Origin: Octopus vulgaris | Lineage: Eukaryota | Reading direction: 5' to 3' | Assembly (NCBI GenBank): GCA_951406725.2 | Contig: OX597822.1 | Coordinates: 93,930,001-93,994,000 of the forward strand | Length of the DNA stretch: 64,000 nucleotides | Shown: in pieces, positions 51,766 to 64,000 of the stretch | How the letters are laid out: every line of letters begins with the position of its first letter | Numbering within the stretch: position 1 is the stretch's first letter | Position numbers and translations under genes: made by a program | Notes under the pieces: generated by a model | Told to the model about the DNA's origin: nothing | Databases searched by the model: none | The model's input: the letters and a program-made list of their open reading frames with translations, nothing else

Positions 51766-51915
51766 TATATATATATATCCACTAATTATCTTTTTTTAAT
51801 AATTTTGATATATATTTAAAATAATATAAATTAATTAATCTTATATATTGGCTTAAGTTTTTCATTGTATGATTTGCCTAATAGTGGTTTTATCTCTAAT
51901 TTAATATAATATATA

Positions 51916-52473
<558 letters not shown>

Positions 52474-53535
52474 TGTATCGCTATATATAAATCAATGGGG
52501 ACTGCTTATCTTTAAGTGTGTCTATTATCTACTGTAAACAGCTGTCTGAGTGGGCCCATAGGTGAAACTACACAGCTATCAGTCCACATTGATAACATGT
52601 TATTTTGACTGTATTATTATTATCATCGGTATGAAGTACTTCACACAGTGCATGTATGTCTGATGTACTTTAAGAAAGTACACAAGGCCCTATAAAAAAA
52701 AAACGTAATCATTCGATCATCTATATATGTATGTATGTTTTACGAATGCTGGAAAATTTCGCATTCGATTCTTGATATTTTCTACAAGTCCCACTGCGAT
52801 CCACCGTCCCTTCCACCCACTCATTATATATCCACCGCTCCGCTCAATCGACCTATTTTTACTCAACACGCTTTCTCGATTCACGTTTTCGGTCTGCCAT
52901 TACTGACGTCTGTACTTTTCCCGATTTTACTCTCACTGCTTCTCACACTTACGTCATCTACGCTCTATTTTCCCCCCTCCACCCCTCAGCCAGTCTTATT
53001 TCTTTCCTCCCCTTCACTCTTTGTCTGTTTCATCTTAATTCTTCCCTAATCTTATTACATCTCTTACGTCATTTAATCTTCCTTTTTTTTTCCTTTCTCT
53101 CTTTCTCCTACCTCTGCTGTTTTCTACTATTTCTTTTACCTCTTTTTTTTAGCCTTTTCTGGGGTTTTTTTTTTTTTTTGGATTGCACTAATATTTTACA
53201 CGTCAGTACTTACCTCTCCTAAGTTATTATATACATACATGATATATAGATACATACACGTACACACATGTACGTATATCTGTATATATGTCTATATGCA
53301 TGAGTATGTATTATGGGTGGGTGTATAGTTCTTTTATTCTTTCTTTTACCTGTTTGTCATTTGTTTGCGGCCATGCTGGAGCACCGCCTTTACTGGGTTT
53401 TAGTCGAAGAAATCGACCCCAGGGCTTATACACTTTGTAAGCCTAGTCCTTATTCTATCGGTTTCTTTTGCCGAACCGCTAAGTTACGAGGACATAAACA
53501 CACCGGTATTGGTTGCCAAGCGACAAATACACACA

Positions 53536-53567
<32 letters not shown>

Positions 53568-53667
53568 TACATTACGCCTCCACACACACACACACACACA
53601 CACACACATGCAAGCATACATTACGCCTCCACACACACACACGCACACACACACACACATATATATG

Positions 53668-54240
53668 CGGACTCGCGTTGGAGGATCGCGGTTTCGATTC
53701 CCAGACCGGGCGTTGAGCAAAAACACCTAAAGCTTTCGCAAGGCTCCGGCAGGGTGTGGTGGCGACTCCTGTTGTACTCTTTCGCCCCAACTTACTCTCA
53801 CTGTTTCTTCCTGTTTCTTGTGTAACGCTGCGATGGATTGGCGTCCCGTCCAGCTGGGGGGGGGGGACACATACGCCATAGAAACCGGTAAACCGAGACC
53901 ATGAGCCTGGCTAGGCTTGAAAAGGGTGCATAAATAAATAAAAATATATATAAATATGTGGAGGCGCAATGGCCCAGTGGTCGTAGGATCGCGGTTTCGA
54001 TTCCCAGACCGGGCGGTGTGAGTGTTTATTGAGCGAAAACACCTAAAATCTCCACGAGGCTCCGGCAGGGTGGTGGTGGCGATCCCTGCTGTACTCTTTC
54101 GCCACAACTTTCTCTCACTCTTTCTACTGTTGGCCTGCTCGCTTAGCCAGTGGGGTGGCGTCATTTGAAGGCTAAAACAATGCGAAGCGCATTGTGACCA
54201 GCGATGTGTAACAACATCTGATAACCTGGTCGGTCACGGT
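53668..54240 (+). mobile_element. Two tandem tRNA SINEs with the same head and different tails
   Basis: Head ggatcgcggtttcgattcccagaccgggcg as in 6438-6766. Tails match 35958-36060 (minus) and 49535-49662 respectively. Confidence 0.85.
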
Positions 54241-54242
54241 GA

Positions 54243-54495
54243 TATCATCATCATCCTCGTTTAGCGTCCGTTTTCCATGCTAGCATGGGTTGGACGGTTC
54301 TACTGGGGTCTGTGAAAACACCAGAAGGCTTCATCAGGCCCAGTCAAAACTGGCAGTGTTTCTACGGCTGGATGCCCTTCCTAACGCCAACCACTCCGTG
54401 AGTGTAGTGGGTGCTTTTTACGTGCCACCCGCACTGGTGTCAGACAGAGCTGGCAAACGGCCACGAACGGATGGTGCTTTTTATGTGCCACCGGG
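54243..54495 (-). mobile_element. (TGA)n-tailed SINE-like repeat
   Basis: catcatc..cgtccgttttccatgctagcatgggttggacgg. Copies at 55008-55206 (opposite strand) and 60316-60702 (with internal tandem units of about 60 bp). Confidence 0.75.
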
Positions 54496-54616
54496 TGATA
54501 TATAAATATATGCACACACATACACACACACGTATACATATGTATGTATTTGTGTGTGTCTGAGGCCAGGATCTTATGCTGCTTTTGAAAAGGTTGTAAT
54601 ACATATCACCACTTAA

Positions 54617-57016
54617 TCCTTCGTGGCCTGGCGAGGGCAACTGGATTCCATTGGCCTTCTGTGAAATTATTTTTTTTTGTTCTTTTTTTTTTTCAGATAT
54701 TCTATGAAATCATATTTTTCTAATCTTTTTTCAGATATTCTGTGAAATTATATTTTTCTACTCTTTTTTCAGATAGTCTGAATGCAAATTGATATATTTC
54801 AAATGTCTATCCCTGAATCAATGTTCTATGGCAAAAGAGGCACCGTAGATGCACCATATGAAGTTTCAGCACCAGATTGGGATTCCAATGGTGACATACC
54901 CGATATAATAGTAAATGAAGATGTTGAAGAATCCAGTGATGATTTTAGTGATGGTTATAGTACTGAAAACAGCAAAACTGATTATGTGATCAATGCCGGA
55001 GCCCCCCCCTGGCACCTGTGCAGGTGGCACGTAAAAAGCACCCACTACACTCAAGGAGTGGTTGGCGTTAGGAAGGGCATCCAGCCGTAGAAACTCTGCC
55101 AGATCAGACTGGAGCCTGGAGCAGCCCCTGGCTTCCCAGACCCCGGTCGAACCGTCCAACCCGTGCTAGCGTGGAAAATGGACGTTAAACGATGATGATG
55201 ATGATGAAGATGGCAATACGGTGGTTGGTAAAGATAAATGCACTGTATGACTCACTGAACCTCCCAGATGCAGATGAAATGTTCACCAAAATATGCTTCA
55301 TAAAAGTGCAGGCATTCATGTAGCTGCACCTTCCCATGCTGTTTCTGCTACATTAAGTTTTTTTTTCTCATGGATGAAGTAATGGAACTTCTAATTGAAG
55401 CAATGAATCAAAAAGGGAAAGTTCTCTATGCTGAAAATTGGAAAGATGTAGATTATATTGAAATAATCGCATGGATAGGTCTCCATCTCAGAGCTGGGTT
55501 GGATAATGATGTCTTTAGTACAAAGACAGGTCAACTAATTTATTATGCTTGTGTGTGACGTCATTTGTTCAAAGAACTGAAAAATGCATAAGATTTGATG
55601 ACATGTCTACACGGTAAGCTCGGAAAAATGGTGATTATGAGAAGTTGGCACCTATATATGAAGTTTGGCAGGGGTTTATTGAGTCATTCCAAATAAATTA
55701 CAAAGCTGGCCCTTATGTAACTATTGATGAATCTCTGTTGTCCTTCAGAGGAAAATGCTCATTCAAAGTGTACATACCATCAAAACCAAGTAAATGTGGG
55801 ATAAAAGTTTGGTCTATGGTTGATGCTAGTAACACCTACCTTCTAAATGTGCAGATACACATAGGGAAAGGCCCCCGAAGGTCCATAATGACAGTGGTCT
55901 AAAAAATTTGTTCGAGATCTCAGCAAGACTATTCTAAACTCTGGTAGAAATATTACATGTGGCAACTGTTTTACTGATGTTGGTCTTGCTTTAGAACTAC
56001 TCACAAAAAGTGTGACGATCTTAGGAACCATCAGAAAGAATAAAGGTGAAATACTTCCATCATTCCAAGCCTCTTAGGGCCGTTGATTGTTTTCAACAAA
56101 GTTTGGCTTCAGCCAAGAGCATCATATTATGATGTGCAGTTATGTTCCAAAAGTAAATAAGGCAAATATCTTACTGAGCACTATGCATTATGACAACAAA
56201 ATACAAGAAAGCGAACCTTTTAAACTAGATATGATTGCAGACCATAATGCAACTAAAGGTGGTGTAGATACATTAGACCAATTAGTCGATTACTCATGTA
56301 AACTCATAACGAATAGATGGCCTTTAGTTATTTTCTACTGGATGCTTGATGTCACAGCACATAATTCTGCTGTTTGTTTCATGGAAAAAGAACCTGATGC
56401 ATACAGAGGACACCAAAAGCGTTGGCACTTCCTTTCTGACTTGTCTGAACAACCTTGTAAAACTGCAAATCCAATGGCGTTTCTTGGCAGAACACACAAA
56501 ACTACCAAAGCATGTTGTAGTGTGCATGGAAGCCTTTGAGAGTGGTGAAACAGCAGGACCATCCCAACACCAACCCCAAGAAAACTGAAAAAGATGTAAA
56601 ATGTATTCAAGAAAGCTTGACAAGAAAACAAAGAAATCATATACAGTAGGTAGTGAGCCTATTTGTGAAGCCCATTCTAACTTTGCTTGCAATGATTGTG
56701 TCACACATTCTGATGAACTATTAATTAATTTTCTTTGTATTTGTACTAAATATACTAAATTTTGTTTTATTTTATATTTAGTGTTATATATATAGTTTAT
56801 AAAACTATAAAAAATGTTGATTTCTTTCAATAAAGGTTTTACAAATATATACCTAGAAGGTGCAAAATTTCTTGTTCTGTATCATGGATTCACACATATA
56901 TACAAGATTAAACAAATATTACTTTATGGATAGTGCTGAAATCCGCAAAAATAAAAGGTGTCTCTTGGACGCCAATGACCTTTTGTGTAATTCCAACCCC
57001 GCCATCCCACGAAGGG
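54617..57016 (+). mobile_element. piggyBac transposon with degraded PGBD4-like transposase
   Basis: TTAA at 54613-54616 and 57017-57020; termini TCCTTCGTGG / CCACGAAGGG. Motifs VTIDESLLSFRGKC.F.VYIPSKP.K.GIK, LLSTMH, NATKGGVDTLDQ, RWP. Confidence 0.92.
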
Positions 57017-57212
57017 TTAAAATTGTTTAAATGTTTTTTGTGATTATAGTGCATGTCACTTTATACATGCATACATACATGTACGTGTGTATGTTTGTAA
57101 CTCCCCTCCAACACACAGACAAATACCGGACTTAGTCCCAAATCAGTGACTTAAAAGGAAAAAACCTCCGATCATTGAAAAAAAAAATGATTTGTAAATG
57201 TCTAATCATTAA

Positions 57213-57389
57213 CCCTTTAGTATTTACATCAGCCATATCCAGCTTCTCACACCTACCCTACAATCTTAATCAAAAAATAAACAATTACATCCCCAAAATC
57301 TCAAAGCTACTGGATAATATATGGTTAATTTTTTTTAAAGGTGAATCAATAAACATCACATTTGACAGAATTATCTGAATGATAAAGGG
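57213..57389. mobile_element. piggyBac-type MITE
   Basis: TTAA|CCCTTTA...TAAAGGG|TTAA. Confidence 0.75.
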
Positions 57390-57455
57390 TTAAAATAGAA
57401 AATAATTATCAGAAAAGTTATTCTTTACTTCTGTAACAAGGATCTTTCTGATTCT

Positions 57456-57492
<37 letters not shown>

Positions 57493-57855
57493 AAAGGTTG
57501 ACAGTGACTGAAAATTTTTGACAAGCACAGGCACAAGGACATGCACACATAGATATATACATATATACGACAGGCTTCTTTTCAGTTTCCATCTACCAAA
57601 TTTACTCGTAAAACTTTGGTCAGCCCAAGGCTATAGTAGAAAACACTTGCCCTAGGTACCATGCAGTGGGACTGAACCTTGAACCGTGTGGTTGGGAAGC
57701 AAGCTTCTAACCTCACAGCTATGCCTACATGCTCGTGCATGTGCTTATGTATATCAAAATGAAATTTCAATTGTTATATATGTTGGTCATGTGATATGGA
57801 ACCTTTTTAGATTTGAATAAGAGTGCTCACATGCTCACTGCCTCTAAGCATTGAT

Positions 57856-57894
<39 letters not shown>

Positions 57895-58748
57895 TCAGTC
57901 TCTGTCTATCTATCTGTCTATCTGTCTGTGTTTTCATCTCCTCCTCTCTAGGTATGTTGCCCTCAACTTCCCCTCCTTTTATTTTTTTATTCAGGTTTTT
58001 AACAAGCTCTACAGTGTCCTTGTATAATTTTTGTCCAATTGTAAATTTATACAGCTTTAGTTATATATGAACATGTGTGTGTGTATGGACATACATATGT
58101 ATGTATATATGTCTGTATGTGCTGTATGTATTTGCCTGTTGTAAAATTAATCAGTGCAAAAATTAGTAAAAGAGTTTGTTGCCAACCCACTGTCCCTGAT
58201 GTTGCTTTTTTACTTAGATTCAAAGTTTTAAATTTTGGGAGAAGAGAACTGTTAATTATATTGATCCTCCTATCACAGTACTTGATTGATGTTTTATTTT
58301 ATTGGCCCTGAGAGGATGAAAAGACTTTGGTAGGATTTGAACTCAGAGTGCAGAGAACCAGAAAAAATACTGCAAAACAGTATGTCTGATGATGTAACAA
58401 TTCTGCCAAATCACTGCCTTTAGAATAATAATGATTATGATTATGATATCTACCATCAGTACAGTAGCATGAATTTATAAAGTGCACCCAATTGATCCCA
58501 GTTTATTACAGTAACATATGTTATTTGATAGATAGATATAGTGGCTTACAGTTTGTAGCTTTAGCCAGCCTCTTCTGAGGTTGCGTTCCAGATTTATATT
58601 TTGATCCATGTTAATAAGAAGTTTCTGGAGTGGTTTTATATCAATCCACATATTCTTATCCCTATGGTCTGTTGTTGTTGTTGTTTCTAATCTTGTTACT
58701 GTTATTTTGTATTTCAGATATTAACTCAAGAAATAAAATCTTACTACC

Positions 58749-58848
58749 ATGGAGTGGAATTTAATGAATGTTGATGGAATACGCAACATCCATTCAGGGT
58801 TGGGCTGTTTGCTGGACAATGAATATATCATTGCTGATGAGTGTGAAG
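58749..58848 (+). CDS. tim: timeless (Drosophila-type TIM1), first coding exon (exon starts 58718, ATG at 58749)
   Basis: Acceptor tattttgtatttcag ends at 58717 and donor GAAG|gtaagt starts at 58849. Translates MEWNLMNVDGIRNIHSGLGCLLDNEYIIADECE plus 1 nt, resembling the TIM N-terminus (Drosophila [27 protein letters not shown], from memory). Confidence 0.9.
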
Positions 58849-58899
58849 GTAAGTCAGGTGTTATTGCATTATATTTTATTTTATTTATTATTTGTGTGT

Positions 58900-59158
58900 A
58901 GACTCGGACACGTTTTCCCTTCGACGCCAAATATAACGCCATCTTCTCCCTCTTCCCGTCGATGACGACCCTCGCCCTTACCAGACGATGATCGCTGCCG
59001 GTGTTGAATGGCGTCACGACGGAGACGTCATGCAATATGCATCGCTTATCAACCAGGATGTAGTCGATCTCGCTTCGGTGCTTAGAGTTCGGCGATATCC
59101 AGGTCCATCTCTTCCTCTCCCTCTTCCTGAATAGGCTGTTTCCGATGTAGAGTCCATA
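58900..59158 (-). mobile_element. RTE-type LINE endonuclease fragment in a timeless intron
   Basis: YGLYIGNSLFRKR..KRWTWISPN..RSEIDYIL..GSDHRLVRA. Confidence 0.85.
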
Positions 59159-61686
59159 ATTAAACACACCAGTGATATCTTGCTAAATGCATGCATCTCT
59201 ATCCCTTAAATGATATCAGTGATTGCAAGAATACCACCATACTGCCTCTGTCTGATCTCATTATGAAAATCTAGAGAAATTTGGAAAATAGGATTTGGTT
59301 CCTGCATTTGCAGATTCCTATGACCTCTCTGTCACCACCATTCAATTCCATTATTATGAATCTGAATTGGGAGCTCAAGTCACAATGAGTCTTTCATTTG
59401 CTGATTACCTGACCATGGATGCTGTCCCTATGGATACATTGATAGAACTTGGTGATCCTGACCATTGATCTTCTAGAGTTCCTCCATTCAGCATCAATGT
59501 AAGACGCACAATTGATTTAGAGAGTATATATGGAAAATATATTGTTAAAAAATTTACTTATTTTTAATATATAGCATTAAAGATGTTTATGAGGTTGAAG
59601 AAATGGCAGTCATGGATTTTTATTTTATTTTTGTTTTGAATAATGGAGAAATTATCTGATGATCTTACATGTAAAAGGAGAACAAAACAAAGACAGAAAG
59701 AAAGAAACATTGTAGAGCTGTGTTTGGTTATTTATTGACTAATGCAAAGGGAAAAACAGGAAATAGTTGCTGTTGGAGAATGCAGTTTGTTGTTAACCTG
59801 ATTTTTAAGTGACCTTCAATTGATAATAATGAAGTAGAAGTGTGGGTGGGTGCCTTTGAGTTTATTTCCTGCTGGCTTTGTGCATTTGTGTTACTGAGAA
59901 ATTTTCTCTATTTTTGTCAACATAAAGAGCTAAAAATGGAAACGCGGAAATATAAATAAGGCAAAAGCAAAAGAGACATAACTGAAAAATAAAAAGGGTA
60001 CAAAGAATTATTGAATAGTTAAAGAAATGAGATGAAAAAGATCTGAATTTTTTACATTTGTAGTCAGCAGGTACAATAAAAAAAAATAAAGAGTATGAAG
60101 TTTCTAAAAAAAGATTTAGTTCAACACTGTCTCTTTTAATAGTTTCAAGGAGAAAGAGAGGAAAATGGGTGTTTTAATATATCAAAGGACAAAGCCTGTT
60201 TTGCTGCTGTTGCTATTGTTTAGTCCAGTTTAGTTCTCTGATGGGGCAGGGCTATGAAGGACTCTATCTATAGCCTTCCCTGCTTTATTTATTTATTTAT
60301 TTCAAGCACTGTATATCATCATCATCATCATCGTTTAACGTCCGTTCTCCATGCTAGCATGGGTTGGACGGTTCGACCAGGGATCTGGGAAGCCAGAAGG
60401 CTGCACCAGGCTCCAGTCTGATCTGGCAGTGTTTCTACAGCTGGATGCCCTTCCTAACATCAACCACTCCATGAGTGTAGTGGGTGCTTTTTATGTGCCA
60501 CCTGCACAGGTGCCAGGCAAGGCTGGCAATGGCCATGATCGGATTGGTGCATTTTACGTGCCACCGGCACGGAAGCCAGTCATGGTGGCACTGGCATCGG
60601 CCACAATTTGGATGGTGCATTTTACGTGCCATCGGCATGGAAGCCAGTCAAGGCGGCGCTGGCATCGGCCACGATTCGGATGGTGCTTTTTACGTGCCAC
60701 CAGGACTATAATATTCAATCAGTTATGTGGAGGTTTTTTTGTTAAGAAGGCACAGTGTGATTTGGCTACTAGTTGTAATAAGTGAAGAAGATACACAAAT
60801 GTTATCTTACTGGCTGGTCATTTCTAAATCTGACTGGTGAAAAAAGGGGTCAGTTTTGTAAAGGCTAGCGGTTATGATCTTTATTATGATAACAATAAAG
60901 GTGGGCATATTTAATGGGATCAGTTCCATATTATTCCCTACTGTTATTTTATGGATCATAGGGAAACAAAAACAAAAATAAAGCAAAAAAATGAGTCCAA
61001 TGGAATATGAATCTGAACTGTAGAAAGAACTAATGAGATCTGTATGAAATTAGATGAGTGGTTAATTAATTAGTTATCATTACTTTTAAATAAAGAGTAG
61101 TAATCCATTTTGAAAAAAAAAATAAAACAAAACAAAAAACATTGGATAGTATGCAGAGAGACTAGATATGTTGCAATTATGTAGGTAAATTTCTTTATTT
61201 TCCCACCTGTTGTGTATAGACCGGTTTTGAGCCAAGTGGTAGGAAGTGAACTGTTGGGTTAAATGTATAATAGAAGTGATAATAAGTAATTCAAATTAGT
61301 GAGCAGCAGTTCAAGTGACCAATATAAAACAGTTATTGAATAGAAATGGTTAAGTGTAGGTTTGAATTTTACCTGGCCATTAAACTAGTTTTATGCGTGA
61401 CATTGACAGTGAAAACGAGTTTTCAATGTCACATGGCTGGAGTGCATTATTTCACTTGGTGAACTGGCAGATTTGTTCAGCCAATTATGTGCCTCTGCTT
61501 TGTTGTTAAGGACAGGCCTAGCTGTGTAGTTATGTTTTCCACAGAAGTTAAACGATTTCTTCACCAGGTAACAGTGCAGTTTGTGTTGCTTATTTTTCAA
61601 GACTTGTAAAGAACTAAAAAAGACCAAATGAGATACAGTTAAAATATTTCCACTGACTGTATTTTCTTTTAAATATCTATTTTCAG

Positions 61687-61781
61687 AAACTTTACAGGAA
61701 ATCATTTCAAAACTGAAAAGTGAAGATTCGCACATTAGATCATTCCGGCGCCAGAAAAGTATCTATAACATGATAAGCACT
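61687..61781 (+). CDS. tim: timeless coding exon 2
   Basis: ctattttcag acceptor and ACT|gtaagt donor. 95 nt, phase-compatible with exon 1, giving ETLQEIISKLKSEDSHIRSFRRQKSIYNMIST (TIM1 pattern EI..KL..ED...R.FRR). Confidence 0.9.
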
Positions 61782-62015
61782 GTAAGTTATTTGACTTCTT
61801 TTACCGTTTGCTTTTTACTTGTTTTTTAGCTATTGGAATGCGGCCATGCTTGGACACCACCTTGGAAAGTTTAGTTTAAAAAATAGACCTCAAAACTTCT
61901 TTCTTTTAAAGTCTGTTACTTATCCTATCAGTCTCTTTTGCTGAACTGCTAAGTTACAAGGACTTAAACAAACCAACACTGGTTGTCAAGTGGTGGTGGG
62001 AAGACAGATACAAAG

Positions 62016-62079
<64 letters not shown>

Positions 62080-62853
62080 CCCCCCCCCACACACACACAC
62101 ACATGATAGGTTTCTTTTGGTTTCTCTCTACCAAACCTACTCACAAGGTTTGGTCAGTCCAGGACTATAGTAGAAGACTATAGATACCATGCAGTGGGAC
62201 TGAACCTGGAACCATGTGGTTGGGAAGCAACATATTTAGTAATAGGTTTATTGTAAAGGTACTTGGTCAAGTAGTTAGTGTTAGGCTATAATACATTTAT
62301 CTAATTGTTTGATCGTAGGTTTCATTCTCTTACTGGGTGGTGCTTTACATTCTTGAGCAAGGCACTTCATTTCATATTGCTTCAGTCCACTCGGCTGAAA
62401 AAAAGTACCAGTGACAGCTTATGTGGATTAATTCTGTGACAAACTGGCATCTGGTCCAAAGAAGAGTTTTATACTTTCATTTACCTGAATTCTTTGGAAA
62501 CCCAGATAAGCCCCAAATTCATGAACTCTGTAGTGAATAGTAGCCATTTCCTTTGATTTCTAGATAGAAGCAAATAGAAACTAACACTAACTGACCAAAA
62601 ACAAATAAACTTTTTGTTACACAGGGTTATTAGCCTCAATTAACAAGTTATTTTTTTAATCCACTTATACAGATATCCAAAAAAATGAATTATAGAGAAT
62701 GATATTGCTTTTACTAAATCCACAATATAAAAGGTCTTGACCTAAAACATCTTATTTTAATAGGTGTATTTGGTTTATTTATTTTAATGCATGAACTTAA
62801 GATGTTAGTTGACATCTTTGTTATAACTATATTTTTTCCCCCTGTTTTTACAG

Positions 62854-62915
62854 GATATAATCCCAATTTTGAAGAGCTCAGATCTAACAGATGACCTATT
62901 TGTCTTAATTGTCAA
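62854..62915 (+). CDS. tim: timeless coding exon 3
   Basis: ttttttccccctgtttttacag acceptor and CAA|gtaagt donor. Phase 0, reads DIIPILKSSDLTDDLFVLIV, continuing the TIM DLIPLL motif. The gene continues beyond the window. Confidence 0.88.
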
Positions 62916-63118
62916 GTAAGTATTTTGCTGTCATTTCTTTCTATGAGAGACTTGTCTAAGACTGTAATTTTATAGTTGTCCAGCAAATTCCTCGAACATT
63001 TATTCATTTGTGCAGGTCGTTCACGAAACGCAGACTAGATGAAAAAGGGACAACTGAAGAAGGGGGAATATTCCTTGTGTTGTATATCTTGTTTCTCTGG
63101 GGGTTTTTTTGTTGTTTG

Positions 63119-63430
63119 AAAAAAAGTTTGTTTCTATGTTTTTGTTTTTATGTTTTCGTTTCTCATTGTGTTCAACGTTTTTCTTTTGTTGTCCTATACC
63201 CATATAGGCATGTATATATACATATATATGTAGGTATGTACATATATGCATATATTTATACATTATTTTTGTTGTTTCAAAAAAAGTTTGTTTCTATGTT
63301 TTTGTTTTTATGTTTTCGTTTCTCATTGTGTTCAACGTTTTTTTGATGTCCTGTACCCATATAGGCATGTATATATACATATATATATGTAGGTATGTAC
63401 ATATATGTATGTATATATGCATATATTTAT
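63119..63430. repeat. Two-copy tandem duplication of about 160 bp
   Basis: aaaaaagtttgtttctatgttttt...cccatataggcatgtatatatac occurs twice. Confidence 0.85.
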
Positions 63431-64000
63431 ATATTATTTATATTATACATATACATATATATATAGGTATGGGTATAGATGCAGGCATGGCTGAATGGTT
63501 GAGAAATTCACTTCCCAACTACATAGCTTTCAGTTCAGTCCTGCTGCATGCTACGTTGGGCAAATGTCTTTTACTATAGCCCGAGGCAACTATAGTATTG
63601 TGAATGGATTTTGTAGACAGAGACTATGAGAGCCTGTCATATGTGTGTTTATGTGGATTTGTGTTTGTGTTTCTCTGTCTTTTGACTTTGTGTGATTGTT
63701 ATACACAAATGTTAATGCCACATGAGTGATGACGTTCATCTTCAATTTTCCATGGAAACATGTCTGGCTGTGGAAGAATATCACCTTGCTTGGAAACACG
63801 TGAGGATCGGCAACAAGAACGACACTTTACTGTTGGAAATCTACTCCAACAAATTCCATCTGACTCAATGCAAGCATGGAAATTTGGACATTGAAAATGA
63901 TGATGATGATGATGATGATGATGATATACGCAAACATACACATACCACATCTACCCATGCATGCCCATATGTAATAATGCACACACCAATTATCAGTACT

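Noticed and set aside
60480-60702. Regularly spaced repeats resembling a CRISPR array
   Set aside because: The spacers resemble one another, the array is internal to a SINE-like repeat, the context is eukaryotic and there are no cas genes.

Overview
AT-rich, microsatellite- and repeat-dense animal DNA. The SINE, MITE and Penelope repertoire looks like an octopus (coleoid cephalopod) genome; this is inferred from pattern recognition, not checked. The only host gene I can support is the 5' coding end of a Drosophila-type timeless (tim1) clock gene on the + strand: three GT-AG coding exons at 58749-58848, 61687-61781 and 62854-62915 splice in frame and continue past the window. The rest is mostly mobile DNA: several tRNA-derived SINE families, about 8 copies of a (TTAGGG)n-containing MITE with 8-bp TSDs, Tc1, mariner, piggyBac and hAT elements, a Penelope RT+GIY-YIG element, and L1/Tx1, CR1, RTE and RLE LINE fragments. 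The most unusual locus is 10255-14578. There a Helentron/HINE-like element carries two divergent ORF1-only (HAL1-like) retroelements in tandem at the same 15-bp target. One of them shows a dense sense-strand A-to-G signature, including the zinc-knuckle His codon read as CGT, as expected if an ADAR-hyperedited RNA was retrotransposed. The other has a canonical hammerhead ribozyme antisense in its 3' UTR. A second canonical hammerhead (20550-20681, minus strand) and two hammerhead-like variants in Penelope 3' ends are also present. All alignments and folds were done by eye.
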